Source of the DNA: Chiloscyllium plagiosum
Lineage: Eukaryota
NCBI RefSeq assembly: GCF_004010195.1
Contig: NW_025214919.1
Coordinates: 16,552 to 55,000 of the forward strand
Reading direction: 5' to 3'
Length of the DNA: 38,449 nucleotides
The stretch's first letter is position 1, and each line of letters opens with the position of its first letter. The notes below the pieces were generated by a model, which was not told the DNA's origin, did no database searches, and was given only the letters and a program-made list of their open reading frames with translations. Positions 27,101 through 38,449 of this stretch are shown piece after piece. A program made the position numbers and the translations under genes.

Positions 27101-30100
27101 CGCAGTCCCCGTTAACACCCACTCGCAGTCCCCGTTATCACCCACTCGCAGTCCCCGTTAACACCCACTCGCAGTCCCCGTTAACACCCACTCGCAGTCC
27201 CCGTTAACACCCACTCGCAGTCCCCGTTAACACCCACTCGCAGTCCCCGTTAACACCCACTCGCAGTCCCCGTTAACACCCACTCGCAGTCCCCGTTAAC
27301 ACCCACTCGCAGTCCCCGTTAACACCCACTCGCAGTCCCCGTTAACACCCACTCGCAGTCCCCGTTAACACCCACTCGCAGTCCCCGTTAACACCCACTC
27401 GCAGTCCCCGTTAACACCCACTCGCAGTCCCCGTTATCACCCACTCGCAGTCCCCGTTAACACCCACTCGCAGTCCCCGTTAACACCCACTCGCAGTCCC
27501 CGTTAACACCCACTCGCAGTCCCCGTTAACACCCACTCGCAGTCCCCGTTAACACCCACTCGCAGTCCCCGTTAACACCCACTCGCAGTCCCCGTTAACA
27601 CCCACTCGCAGTCCCCGTTAACACCCACTCGCAGTCCCCGTTAACACCCACTCGCAGTCCCCGTTAACACCCACTCGCAGTCCCCGTTAACACCCACTCG
27701 CAGTCCCCGTTAACACCCACTCGCAGTCCCCGTTATCACCCACTCGCAGTCCCCGTTAACACCCACTCGCAGTCCCCGTTAACACCCACTCGCAGTCCCC
27801 GTTAACACCCACTCGCAGTCCCCGTTAACACCCACTCGCAGTCCCCGTTAACACCCACTCGCAGTCCCCGTTAACACCCACTCGCAGTCCCCGTTAACAC
27901 CCACTCGCAGTCCCCGTTAACACCCACTCGCAGTCCCCGTTAACACCCACTCGCAGTCCCCGTTAACACCCACTCGCAGTCCCCGTTAACACCCACTCGC
28001 AGTCCCCGTTAACACCCACTCGCAGTCCCCGTTATCACCCACTCGCAGTCCCCGTTAACACCCACTCGCAGTCCCCGTTAACACCCACTCGCAGTCCCCG
28101 TTAACACCCACTCGCAGTCCCCGTTAACACCCACTCGCAGTCCCCGTTAACACCCACTCGCAGTCCCCGTTAACACCCACTCGCAGTCCCCGTTAACACC
28201 CACTCGCAGTCCCCGTTAACACCCACTCGCAGTCCCCGTTAACACCCACTCGCAGTCCCCGTTAACACCCACTCGCAGTCCCCGTTAACACCCACTCGCA
28301 GTCCCCGTTAACACCCACTCGCAGTCCCCGTTATCACCCACTCGCAGTCCCCGTTAACACCCACTCGCAGTCCCCGTTAACACCCACTCGCAGTCCCCGT
28401 TAACACCCACTCGCAGTCCCCGTTAACACCCACTCGCAGTCCCCGTTAACACCCACTCGCAGTCCCCGTTAACACCCACTCGCAGTCCCCGTTAACACCC
28501 ACTCGCAGTCCCCGTTAACACCCACTCGCAGTCCCCGTTAACACCCACTCGCAGTCCCCGTTAACACCCACTCGCAGTCCCCGTTAACACCCACTCGCAG
28601 TCCCCGTTAACACCCACTCGCAGTCCCCGTTATCACCCACTCGCAGTCCCCGTTAACACCCACTCGCAGTCCCCGTTAACACCCACTCGCAGTCCCCGTT
28701 AACACCCACTCGCAGTCCCCGTTAACACCCACTCGCAGTCCCCGTTAACACCCACTCGCAGTCCCCGTTAACACCCACTCGCAGTCCCCGTTAACACCCA
28801 CTCGCAGTCCCCGTTAACACCCACTCGCAGTCCCCGTTAACACCCACTCGCAGTCCCCGTTAACACCCACTCGCAGTCCCCGTTAACACCCACTCGCAGT
28901 CCCCGTTAACACCCACTCGCAGTCCCCGTTATCACCCACTCGCAGTCCCCGTTAACACCCACTCGCAGTCCCCGTTAACACCCACTCGCAGTCCCCGTTA
29001 ACACCCACTCGCAGTCCCCGTTAACACCCACTCGCAGTCCCCGTTAACACCCACTCGCAGTCCCCGTTAACACCCACTCGCAGTCCCCGTTAACACCCAC
29101 TCGCAGTCCCCGTTAACACCCACTCGCAGTCCCCGTTAACACCCACTCGCAGTCCCCGTTAACACCCACTCGCAGTCCCCGTTAACACCCACTCGCAGTC
29201 CCCGTTAACACCCACTCGCAGTCCCCGTTATCACCCACTCGCAGTCCCCGTTAACACCCACTCGCAGTCCCCGTTAACACCCACTCGCAGTCCCCGTTAA
29301 CACCCACTCGCAGTCCCCGTTAACACCCACTCGCAGTCCCCGTTAACACCCACTCGCAGTCCCCGTTAACACCCACTCGCAGTCCCCGTTAACACCCACT
29401 CGCAGTCCCCGTTAACACCCACTCGCAGTCCCCGTTAACACCCACTCGCAGTCCCCGTTAACACCCACTCGCAGTCCCCGTTAACACCCACTCGCAGTCC
29501 CCGTTAACACCCACTCGCAGTCCCCGTTATCACCCACTCGCAGTCCCCGTTAACACCCACTCGCAGTCCCCGTTAACACCCACTCGCAGTCCCCGTTAAC
29601 ACCCACTCGCAGTCCCCGTTAACACCCACTCGCAGTCCCCGTTAACACCCACTCGCAGTCCCCGTTAACACCCACTCGCAGTCCCCGTTAACACCCACTC
29701 GCAGTCCCCGTTAACACCCACTCGCAGTCCCCGTTAACACCCACTCGCAGTCCCCGTTAACACCCACTCGCAGTCCCCGTTAACACCCACTCGCAGTCCC
29801 CGTTAACACCCACTCGCAGTCCCCGTTATCACCCACTCGCAGTCCCCGTTAACACCCACTCGCAGTCCCCGTTAACACCCACTCGCAGTCCCCGTTAACA
29901 CCCACTCGCAGTCCCCGTTAACACCCACTCGCAGTCCCCGTTAACACCCACTCGCAGTCCCCGTTAACACCCACTCGCAGTCCCCGTTAACACCCACTCG
30001 CAGTCCCCGTTAACACCCACTCGCAGTCCCCGTTAACACCCACTCGCAGTCCCCGTTAACACCCACTCGCAGTCCCCGTTAACACCCACTCGCAGTCCCC

Positions 30101-33100
30101 GTTAACACCCACTCGCAGTCCCCGTTATCACCCACTCGCAGTCCCCGTTAACACCCACTCGCAGTCCCCGTTAACACCCACTCGCAGTCCCCGTTAACAC
30201 CCACTCGCAGTCCCCGTTAACACCCACTCGCAGTCCCCGTTAACACCCACTCGCAGTCCCCGTTAACACCCACTCGCAGTCCCCGTTAACACCCACTCGC
30301 AGTCCCCGTTAACACCCACTCGCAGTCCCCGTTAACACCCACTCGCAGTCCCCGTTAACACCCACTCGCAGTCCCCGTTAACACCCACTCGCAGTCCCCG
30401 TTAACACCCACTCGCAGTCCCCGTTATCACCCACTCGCAGTCCCCGTTAACACCCACTCGCAGTCCCCGTTAACACCCACTCGCAGTCCCCGTTAACACC
30501 CACTCGCAGTCCCCGTTAACACCCACTCGCAGTCCCCGTTAACACCCACTCGCAGTCCCCGTTAACACCCACTCGCAGTCCCCGTTAACACCCACTCGCA
30601 GTCCCCGTTAACACCCACTCGCAGTCCCCGTTAACACCCACTCGCAGTCCCCGTTAACACCCACTCGCAGTCCCCGTTAACACCCACTCGCAGTCCCCGT
30701 TAACACCCACTCGCAGTCCCCGTTATCACCCACTCGCAGTCCCCGTTAACACCCACTCGCAGTCCCCGTTAACACCCACTCGCAGTCCCCGTTAACACCC
30801 ACTCGCAGTCCCCGTTAACACCCACTCGCAGTCCCCGTTAACACCCACTCGCAGTCCCCGTTAACACCCACTCGCAGTCCCCGTTAACACCCACTCGCAG
30901 TCCCCGTTAACACCCACTCGCAGTCCCCGTTAACACCCACTCGCAGTCCCCGTTAACACCCACTCGCAGTCCCCGTTAACACCCACTCGCAGTCCCCGTT
31001 AACACCCACTCGCAGTCCCCGTTATCACCCACTCGCAGTCCCCGTTAACACCCACTCGCAGTCCCCGTTAACACCCACTCGCAGTCCCCGTTAACACCCA
31101 CTCGCAGTCCCCGTTAACACCCACTCGCAGTCCCCGTTAACACCCACTCGCAGTCCCCGTTAACACCCACTCGCAGTCCCCGTTAACACCCACTCGCAGT
31201 CCCCGTTAACACCCACTCGCAGTCCCCGTTAACACCCACTCGCAGTCCCCGTTAACACCCACTCGCAGTCCCCGTTAACACCCACTCGCAGTCCCCGTTA
31301 ACACCCACTCGCAGTCCCCGTTATCACCCACTCGCAGTCCCCGTTAACACCCACTCGCAGTCCCCGTTAACACCCACTCGCAGTCCCCGTTAACACCCAC
31401 TCGCAGTCCCCGTTAACACCCACTCGCAGTCCCCGTTAACACCCACTCGCAGTCCCCGTTAACACCCACTCGCAGTCCCCGTTAACACCCACTCGCAGTC
31501 CCCGTTAACACCCACTCGCAGTCCCCGTTAACACCCACTCGCAGTCCCCGTTAACACCCACTCGCAGTCCCCGTTAACACCCACTCGCAGTCCCCGTTAA
31601 CACCCACTCGCAGTCCCCGTTATCACCCACTCGCAGTCCCCGTTAACACCCACTCGCAGTCCCCGTTAACACCCACTCGCAGTCCCCGTTAACACCCACT
31701 CGCAGTCCCCGTTAACACCCACTCGCAGTCCCCGTTAACACCCACTCGCAGTCCCCGTTAACACCCACTCGCAGTCCCCGTTAACACCCACTCGCAGTCC
31801 CCGTTAACACCCACTCGCAGTCCCCGTTAACACCCACTCGCAGTCCCCGTTAACACCCACTCGCAGTCCCCGTTAACACCCACTCGCAGTCCCCGTTAAC
31901 ACCCACTCGCAGTCCCCGTTATCACCCACTCGCAGTCCCCGTTAACACCCACTCGCAGTCCCCGTTAACACCCACTCGCAGTCCCCGTTAACACCCACTC
32001 GCAGTCCCCGTTAACACCCACTCGCAGTCCCCGTTAACACCCACTCGCAGTCCCCGTTAACACCCACTCGCAGTCCCCGTTAACACCCACTCGCAGTCCC
32101 CGTTAACACCCACTCGCAGTCCCCGTTAACACCCACTCGCAGTCCCCGTTAACACCCACTCGCAGTCCCCGTTAACACCCACTCGCAGTCCCCGTTAACA
32201 CCCACTCGCAGTCCCCGTTATCACCCACTCGCAGTCCCCGTTAACACCCACTCGCAGTCCCCGTTAACACCCACTCGCAGTCCCCGTTAACACCCACTCG
32301 CAGTCCCCGTTAACACCCACTCGCAGTCCCCGTTAACACCCACTCGCAGTCCCCGTTAACACCCACTCGCAGTCCCCGTTAACACCCACTCGCAGTCCCC
32401 GTTAACACCCACTCGCAGTCCCCGTTAACACCCACTCGCAGTCCCCGTTAACACCCACTCGCAGTCCCCGTTAACACCCACTCGCAGTCCCCGTTAACAC
32501 CCACTCGCAGTCCCCGTTATCACCCACTCGCAGTCCCCGTTAACACCCACTCGCAGTCCCCGTTAACACCCACTCGCAGTCCCCGTTAACACCCACTCGC
32601 AGTCCCCGTTAACACCCACTCGCAGTCCCCGTTAACACCCACTCGCAGTCCCCGTTAACACCCACTCGCAGTCCCCGTTAACACCCACTCGCAGTCCCCG
32701 TTAACACCCACTCGCAGTCCCCGTTAACACCCACTCGCAGTCCCCGTTAACACCCACTCGCAGTCCCCGTTAACACCCACTCGCAGTCCCCGTTAACACC
32801 CACTCGCAGTCCCCGTTATCACCCACTCGCAGTCCCCGTTAACACCCACTCGCAGTCCCCGTTAACACCCACTCGCAGTCCCCGTTAACACCCACTCGCA
32901 GTCCCCGTTAACACCCACTCGCAGTCCCCGTTAACACCCACTCGCAGTCCCCGTTAACACCCACTCGCAGTCCCCGTTAACACCCACTCGCAGTCCCCGT
33001 TAACACCCACTCGCAGTCCCCGTTAACACCCACTCGCAGTCCCCGTTAACACCCACTCGCAGTCCCCGTTAACACCCACTCGCAGTCCCCGTTAACACCC

Positions 33101-35211
33101 ACTCGCAGTCCCCGTTATCACCCACTCGCAGTCCCCGTTAACACCCACTCGCAGTCCCCGTTAACACCCACTCGCAGTCCCCGTTAACACCCACTCGCAG
33201 TCCCCGTTAACACCCACTCGCAGTCCCCGTTAACACCCACTCGCAGTCCCCGTTAACACCCACTCGCAGTCCCCGTTAACACCCACTCGCAGTCCCCGTT
33301 AACACCCACTCGCAGTCCCCGTTAACACCCACTCGCAGTCCCCGTTAACACCCACTCGCAGTCCCCGTTAACACCCACTCGCAGTCCCCGTTAACACCCA
33401 CTCGCAGTCCCCGTTATCACCCACTCGCAGTCCCCGTTAACACCCACTCGCAGTCCCCGTTAACACCCACTCGCAGTCCCCGTTAACACCCACTCGCAGT
33501 CCCCGTTAACACCCACTCGCAGTCCCCGTTAACACCCACTCGCAGTCCCCGTTAACACCCACTCGCAGTCCCCGTTAACACCCACTCGCAGTCCCCGTTA
33601 ACACCCACTCGCAGTCCCCGTTAACACCCACTCGCAGTCCCCGTTAACACCCACTCGCAGTCCCCGTTAACACCCACTCGCAGTCCCCGTTAACACCCAC
33701 TCGCAGTCCCCGTTATCACCCACTCGCAGTCCCCGTTAACACCCACTCGCAGTCCCCGTTAACACCCACTCGCAGTCCCCGTTAACACCCACTCGCAGTC
33801 CCCGTTAACACCCACTCGCAGTCCCCGTTAACACCCACTCGCAGTCCCCGTTAACACCCACTCGCAGTCCCCGTTAACACCCACTCGCAGTCCCCGTTAA
33901 CACCCACTCGCAGTCCCCGTTAACACCCACTCGCAGTCCCCGTTAACACCCACTCGCAGTCCCCGTTAACACCCACTCGCAGTCCCCGTTAACACCCACT
34001 CGCAGTCCCCGTTATCACCCACTCGCAGTCCCCGTTAACACCCACTCGCAGTCCCCGTTAACACCCACTCGCAGTCCCCGTTAACACCCACTCGCAGTCC
34101 CCGTTAACACCCACTCGCAGTCCCCGTTAACACCCACTCGCAGTCCCCGTTAACACCCACTCGCAGTCCCCGTTAACACCCACTCGCAGTCCCCGTTAAC
34201 ACCCACTCGCAGTCCCCGTTAACACCCACTCGCAGTCCCCGTTAACACCCACTCGCAGTCCCCGTTAACACCCACTCGCAGTCCCCGTTAACACCCACTC
34301 GCAGTCCCCGTTATCACCCACTCGCAGTCCCCGTTAACACCCACTCGCAGTCCCCGTTAACACCCACTCGCAGTCCCCGTTAACACCCACTCGCAGTCCC
34401 CGTTAACACCCACTCGCAGTCCCCGTTAACACCCACTCGCAGTCCCCGTTAACACCCACTCGCAGTCCCCGTTAACACCCACTCGCAGTCCCCGTTAACA
34501 CCCACTCGCAGTCCCCGTTAACACCCACTCGCAGTCCCCGTTAACACCCACTCGCAGTCCCCGTTAACACCCACTCGCAGTCCCCGTTAACACCCACTCG
34601 CAGTCCCCGTTATCACCCACTCGCAGTCCCCGTTAACACCCACTCGCAGTCCCCGTTAACACCCACTCGCAGTCCCCGTTAACACCCACTCGCAGTCCCC
34701 GTTAACACCCACTCGCAGTCCCCGTTAACACCCACTCGCAGTCCCCGTTAACACCCACTCGCAGTCCCCGTTAACACCCACTCGCAGTCCCCGTTAACAC
34801 CCACTCGCAGTCCCCGTTAACACCCACTCGCAGTCCCCGTTAACACCCACTCGCAGTCCCCGTTAACACCCACTCGCAGTCCCCGTTAACACCCACTCGC
34901 AGTCCCCGTTATCACCCACTCGCAGTCCCCGTTAACACCCACTCGCAGTCCCCGTTAACACCCACTCGCAGTCCCCGTTAACACCCACTCGCAGTCCCCG
35001 TTAACACCCACTCGCAGTCCCCGTTAACACCCACTCGCAGTCCCCGTTAACACCCACTCGCAGTCCCCGTTAACACCCACTCGCAGTCCCCGTTAACACC
35101 CACTCGCAGTCCCCGTTAACACCCACTCGCAGTCCCCGTTAACACCCACTCGCAGTCCCCGTTAACACCCACTCGCAGTCCCCGTTAACACCCACTCGCA
35201 GTCCCCGTTAT
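12144..35211. repeat. 299-bp higher-order repeat (12 GTTAAC monomers + 1 GTTATC monomer), 77 periods
   Basis: Variant T at 12188, 12487, 12786 ... 14879 ... 24148 ... 35211. (35211-12188)/299 = 77 exactly. No other substitutions or indels were noticed. Confidence 0.93.
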
Positions 35212-35671
35212 CACCCACTCGCAGTCCCCGTTAACACCCACTCGCAGTCCCCGTTATCACCCACTCGCAGTCCCCGTTAACACCCACTCGCAGTCCCCGT
35301 TATCACCCACTCGCAGTCCCCGTTAACACCCACTCGCAGTCCCCGTTATCACCCACTCGCAGTCCCCGTTAACACCCACTCGCAGTCCCCGTTATCACCC
35401 ACTCGCAGTCCCCGTTAACACCCACTCGCAGTCCCCGTTATCACCCACTCGCAGTCCCCGTTAACACCCACTCGCAGTCCCCGTTATCACCCACTCGCAG
35501 TCCCCGTTAACACCCACTCGCAGTCCCCGTTATCACCCACTCGCAGTCCCCGTTAACACCCACTCGCAGTCCCCGTTATCACCCACTCGCAGTCCCCGTT
35601 AACACCCACTCGCAGTCCCCGTTATCACCCACTCGCAGTCCCCGTTAACACCCACTCGCAGTCCCCGTTAT
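35211..35671. repeat. 46-bp dimer block (alternating GTTAAC / GTTATC monomers), 10 periods
   Basis: Variant T at 35211, 35257, 35303, 35349, 35395, 35441, 35487, 35533, 35579, 35625 and 35671. Confidence 0.92.
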
Positions 35672-37073
35672 CACCCACTCGCAGTCCCCGTTAACACCCA
35701 CTCGCAGTCCCCGTTAACACCCACTCGCAGTCCCCGTTAACACCCACTCGCAGTCCCCGTTAACACCCACTCGCAATCCCCGTTAACACCCACTCGCAGT
35801 CCCATTAACACCCACTCGCAGTCTCCATTATCGCCCACTCGCAGTCCCCGTTAACACTCACTCGCAGTCCCCGTTATCACCCACTCGCAGTCCCCGTTAA
35901 CACCCACTCGCAGTCCCCGTTATCACCCACTCGCAGTACCCGTTATCGCCCACTCGCAGTACCCGTTATCACTCACTCGCAGTCCCCGTTATCACCCACT
36001 CGCAGTCCCCGTTAACACCCACTCGCAGTCCCCGTTATCACCCACTCGCAGTCCCCGTTAACACCCACTCGCAGTCCCCGTTATCACCCACTCGCAGTCC
36101 CCGTTAACACCCACTCGCAGTACCCGTTATCGCCCACTCGCAGTCTCCGTTATCGCCCACTCGCAGTCCCAGTTAACATCCACTCGCAATCCCCGTTAAC
36201 ATCCACTCGCAGTCCCCATTATCGTCCACTCACAATCCCCGTTAACGCCCACTCGCAATCCCCGTTAACGCCCACTTGCAATCCCCGTTATCGCCCACTC
36301 GCAGTCCCCGTTATCACCCACTCGCAGTCCCCGTTAACACCCACTCGCAATCCCCATTATCGCCCACTCGCAGTCCCCATTATCGTCCACTCGCAATCCC
36401 CGTTAACACCCACTCGCAATCCCCATTATCGCCCACTCGCAGTCCCCATTATCGTCCACTCACAATCCCCGTTAACACCCACTCGCAATCCCCGTTATCG
36501 CCCACTCGCAGTCCCCATTATCGTCCACTCGCAGTCCCCATTATCGTCCACTCGCAATCCCCATTAACGCCCACTCGCAGTCCCCGTTAACGCCCACTCG
36601 CAGACCCCGTTAACGCCCACTCGTCGTCCCCTTTAACATGCATTCGCCATCCCCATTAACACACACTCGCCATCTCCATTAACACCCACTCGCCATCTCC
36701 ATTAACACCCACTCGCCGTCCGCATTATCGCCCACTCGCCGTCCCCGTTAAAACCCACTCGCAGTCCCCGTTATCACCCACTCGCCGTCCCAGTTAACAC
36801 CCACTCGCCTTCCCCATTATCCCCCACTCGCCGTCCCAGTTAACACCCACTCGCCTTCCCCATTACCGCCCACTCGCCGTCCCCATTATCGCCCTCTCGC
36901 CGTCCCCATTATCGCCCTCTCGCCGTCCCCATTAACACTCACTCGCCGTCCCCATTAACACCGACTCGCTGTCCCCGTTAACACGCATTCGCCGTCCCCA
37001 TTATCGCCCGCTCGCCGTCCCCGTGAACACGTATTCGCCGTCCCCGTTATCGCCCACTCACCGTCACCATTAT

Positions 37074-37653
37074 CGCCCACTCGCCGTCCCCATTATCGCC
37101 CACTCGCCGTCCCCATTATCGCCCACTCGCCGTCCCCATTATCGCCCACTCGCCGTCCCCATTATCGCCCACTCGCCGTCCCCATTATCGCCCACTCGCC
37201 GTCCCCATTATCGCCCACTCGCCGTCCCCATTATCGCCCACTCGCCGTCCCCATTATCGCCCACTCGCCGTCCCCATTATCGCCCACTCGCCGTCCCCAT
37301 TATCGCCCACTCGCCGTCCCCATTATCGCCCACTCGCCGTCCCCATTATCGCCCACTCGCCGTCCCCATTATCGCCCACTCGCCGTCCCCATTATCGCCC
37401 ACTCGCCGTCCCCATTATCGCCCACTCGCCGTCCCCATTATCGCCCACTCGCCGTCCCCATTATCGCCCACTCGCCGTCCCCATTATCGCCCACTCGCCG
37501 TCCCCATTATCGCCCACTCGCCGTCCCCATTATCGCCCACTCGCCGTCCCCATTATCGCCCACTCGCCGTCCCCATTATCGCCCACTCGCCGTCCCCATT
37601 ATCGCCCACTCGCCGTCCCCATTATCGCCCACTCGCCGTCCCCATTATCGCCC
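37074..37653. repeat. Homogeneous block of a second monomer type, CGCCCACTCGCCGTCCCCATTAT, about 25 copies, running into the gap
   Basis: Perfect 23-bp repeats that differ from the core monomer at 4 positions. Confidence 0.93.
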
Positions 37654-38063
37654 NNNNNNNNNNNNNNNNNNNNNNNNNNNNNNNNNNNNNNNNNNNNNNN
37701 NNNNNNNNNNNNNNNNNNNNNNNNNNNNNNNNNNNNNNNNNNNNNNNNNNNNNNNNNNNNNNNNNNNNNNNNNNNNNNNNNNNNNNNNNNNNNNNNNNNN
37801 NNNNNNNNNNNNNNNNNNNNNNNNNNNNNNNNNNNNNNNNNNNNNNNNNNNNNNNNNNNNNNNNNNNNNNNNNNNNNNNNNNNNNNNNNNNNNNNNNNNN
37901 NNNNNNNNNNNNNNNNNNNNNNNNNNNNNNNNNNNNNNNNNNNNNNNNNNNNNNNNNNNNNNNNNNNNNNNNNNNNNNNNNNNNNNNNNNNNNNNNNNNN
38001 NNNNNNNNNNNNNNNNNNNNNNNNNNNNNNNNNNNNNNNNNNNNNNNNNNNNNNNNNNNNNNN
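37654..38063. other. Assembly gap (410 N) inside the satellite array
   Basis: Run of N, with array monomers on both sides. Confidence 0.99.
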
Positions 38064-38263
38064 CTCGCAGTCCCCGTTAACACCCACTCGCCGTCCCCGT
38101 TAACACCCACTCGCGTTCCCCATTATCACCCACTCGCGTTCCCCATTATCACCCACTCGCCGTCCCCATTAACACCCACTCGCCGTCCCCATTAACACCC
38201 ACTCACCGTCCCCATTATCACCCACTCACCGTCCCCATTATCACCCACTCACCGTCCCCATTA

Positions 38264-38449
38264 CCATCTACCTGGCTTCTCTTCTTCCCGATCTTACTAA
38301 CAACATTCACTATGTTCACCTACTTTGTCTCTCTCTCTGAGCTCTGTCTCCACTATTGGCTCACTCTTCACCCCTACCCTCATCCCCATCATCACGATAA
38401 ATACTACATTTTTCCCATTGCTGTCAGTTCTGAAGAAGGGTCACTGAAC
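38264..38449 (+). mobile_element. Probable Penelope-like element terminal (pLTR) region, with the start of a minimal hammerhead ribozyme, cut by the window end
   Basis: C/T-rich tract followed by CAGTT-CTGAAGA-AGGGTCACTGAAC. CUGANGA core at 38430-38436. Family assignment is from recalled similarity to fish PLE termini, not from a search. Confidence 0.55.

Larger units (their letters stand above)
11951..38263. repeat. About 26-kb tandem array (satellite / macro-minisatellite) of a 23-bp monomer, consensus CACCCACTCGCAGTCCCCGTTAA, roughly 1,125 sequenced copies
   Basis: Directly visible head-to-tail repeat without spacers. Diverged monomers at both edges and a homogeneous core. Confidence 0.98.

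Noticed and set aside
37023..38195. 390-aa Pro/His/Ser/Arg-rich ORF, plus the 36276-36590 ORF and the minus-strand ORFs at 11909-12172 and 37599-38110
   Set aside because: These are translations of stop-free satellite monomers (a 23-aa repeat from 3 x 23 bp), some running through the N gap. The core monomer has TAA on both strands.
11951..38263. CRISPR array
   Set aside because: The repeats are head-to-tail with no unique spacers, there are no cas genes, and the context is eukaryotic.
11951..38263. Telomeric repeat (long yeast-type 23-mer or TTAGGG derivative)
   Set aside because: There are no TTAGGG units, and the array is internal with non-array DNA on both sides. The surrounding repeats indicate a vertebrate.

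Overview
Eukaryotic, non-coding, repeat-dominated DNA. It is most likely a cartilaginous fish (shark) scaffold, inferred from the retroelement families. No intact protein-coding gene, RNA gene or CRISPR array is supported. Bases 1-11950 are a mosaic of decayed retroelements. A minus-strand CR1-type LINE is split three ways by nested insertions, three of which keep clean target-site duplications: a 233-bp CR1 3' end (CATTG), a 1357-bp unclassified element (TTATCT) and a 615-bp TG...CA solo LTR (ATAC). There are also three pieces of a second APE-RT LINE family, an old CR1 fragment, and about 2 kb of unique AT-rich sequence that may be a minus-strand 3' UTR. Bases 11951-38263 are a roughly 26-kb tandem array of a 23-bp GC-rich monomer (CACCCACTCGCAGTCCCCGTTAA). 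Its core has a strict higher-order structure: one A>T variant monomer every 13 units (299 bp), for 77 periods (1001 monomers). This is followed by a 46-bp dimer block, a degenerate zone, a block of a second monomer type and a 410-N gap. The 299-bp period is either a young higher-order repeat or, at least as likely, an assembly/gap-filling loop. The window ends in a probable Penelope-like element terminus carrying the first half of a minimal hammerhead ribozyme.
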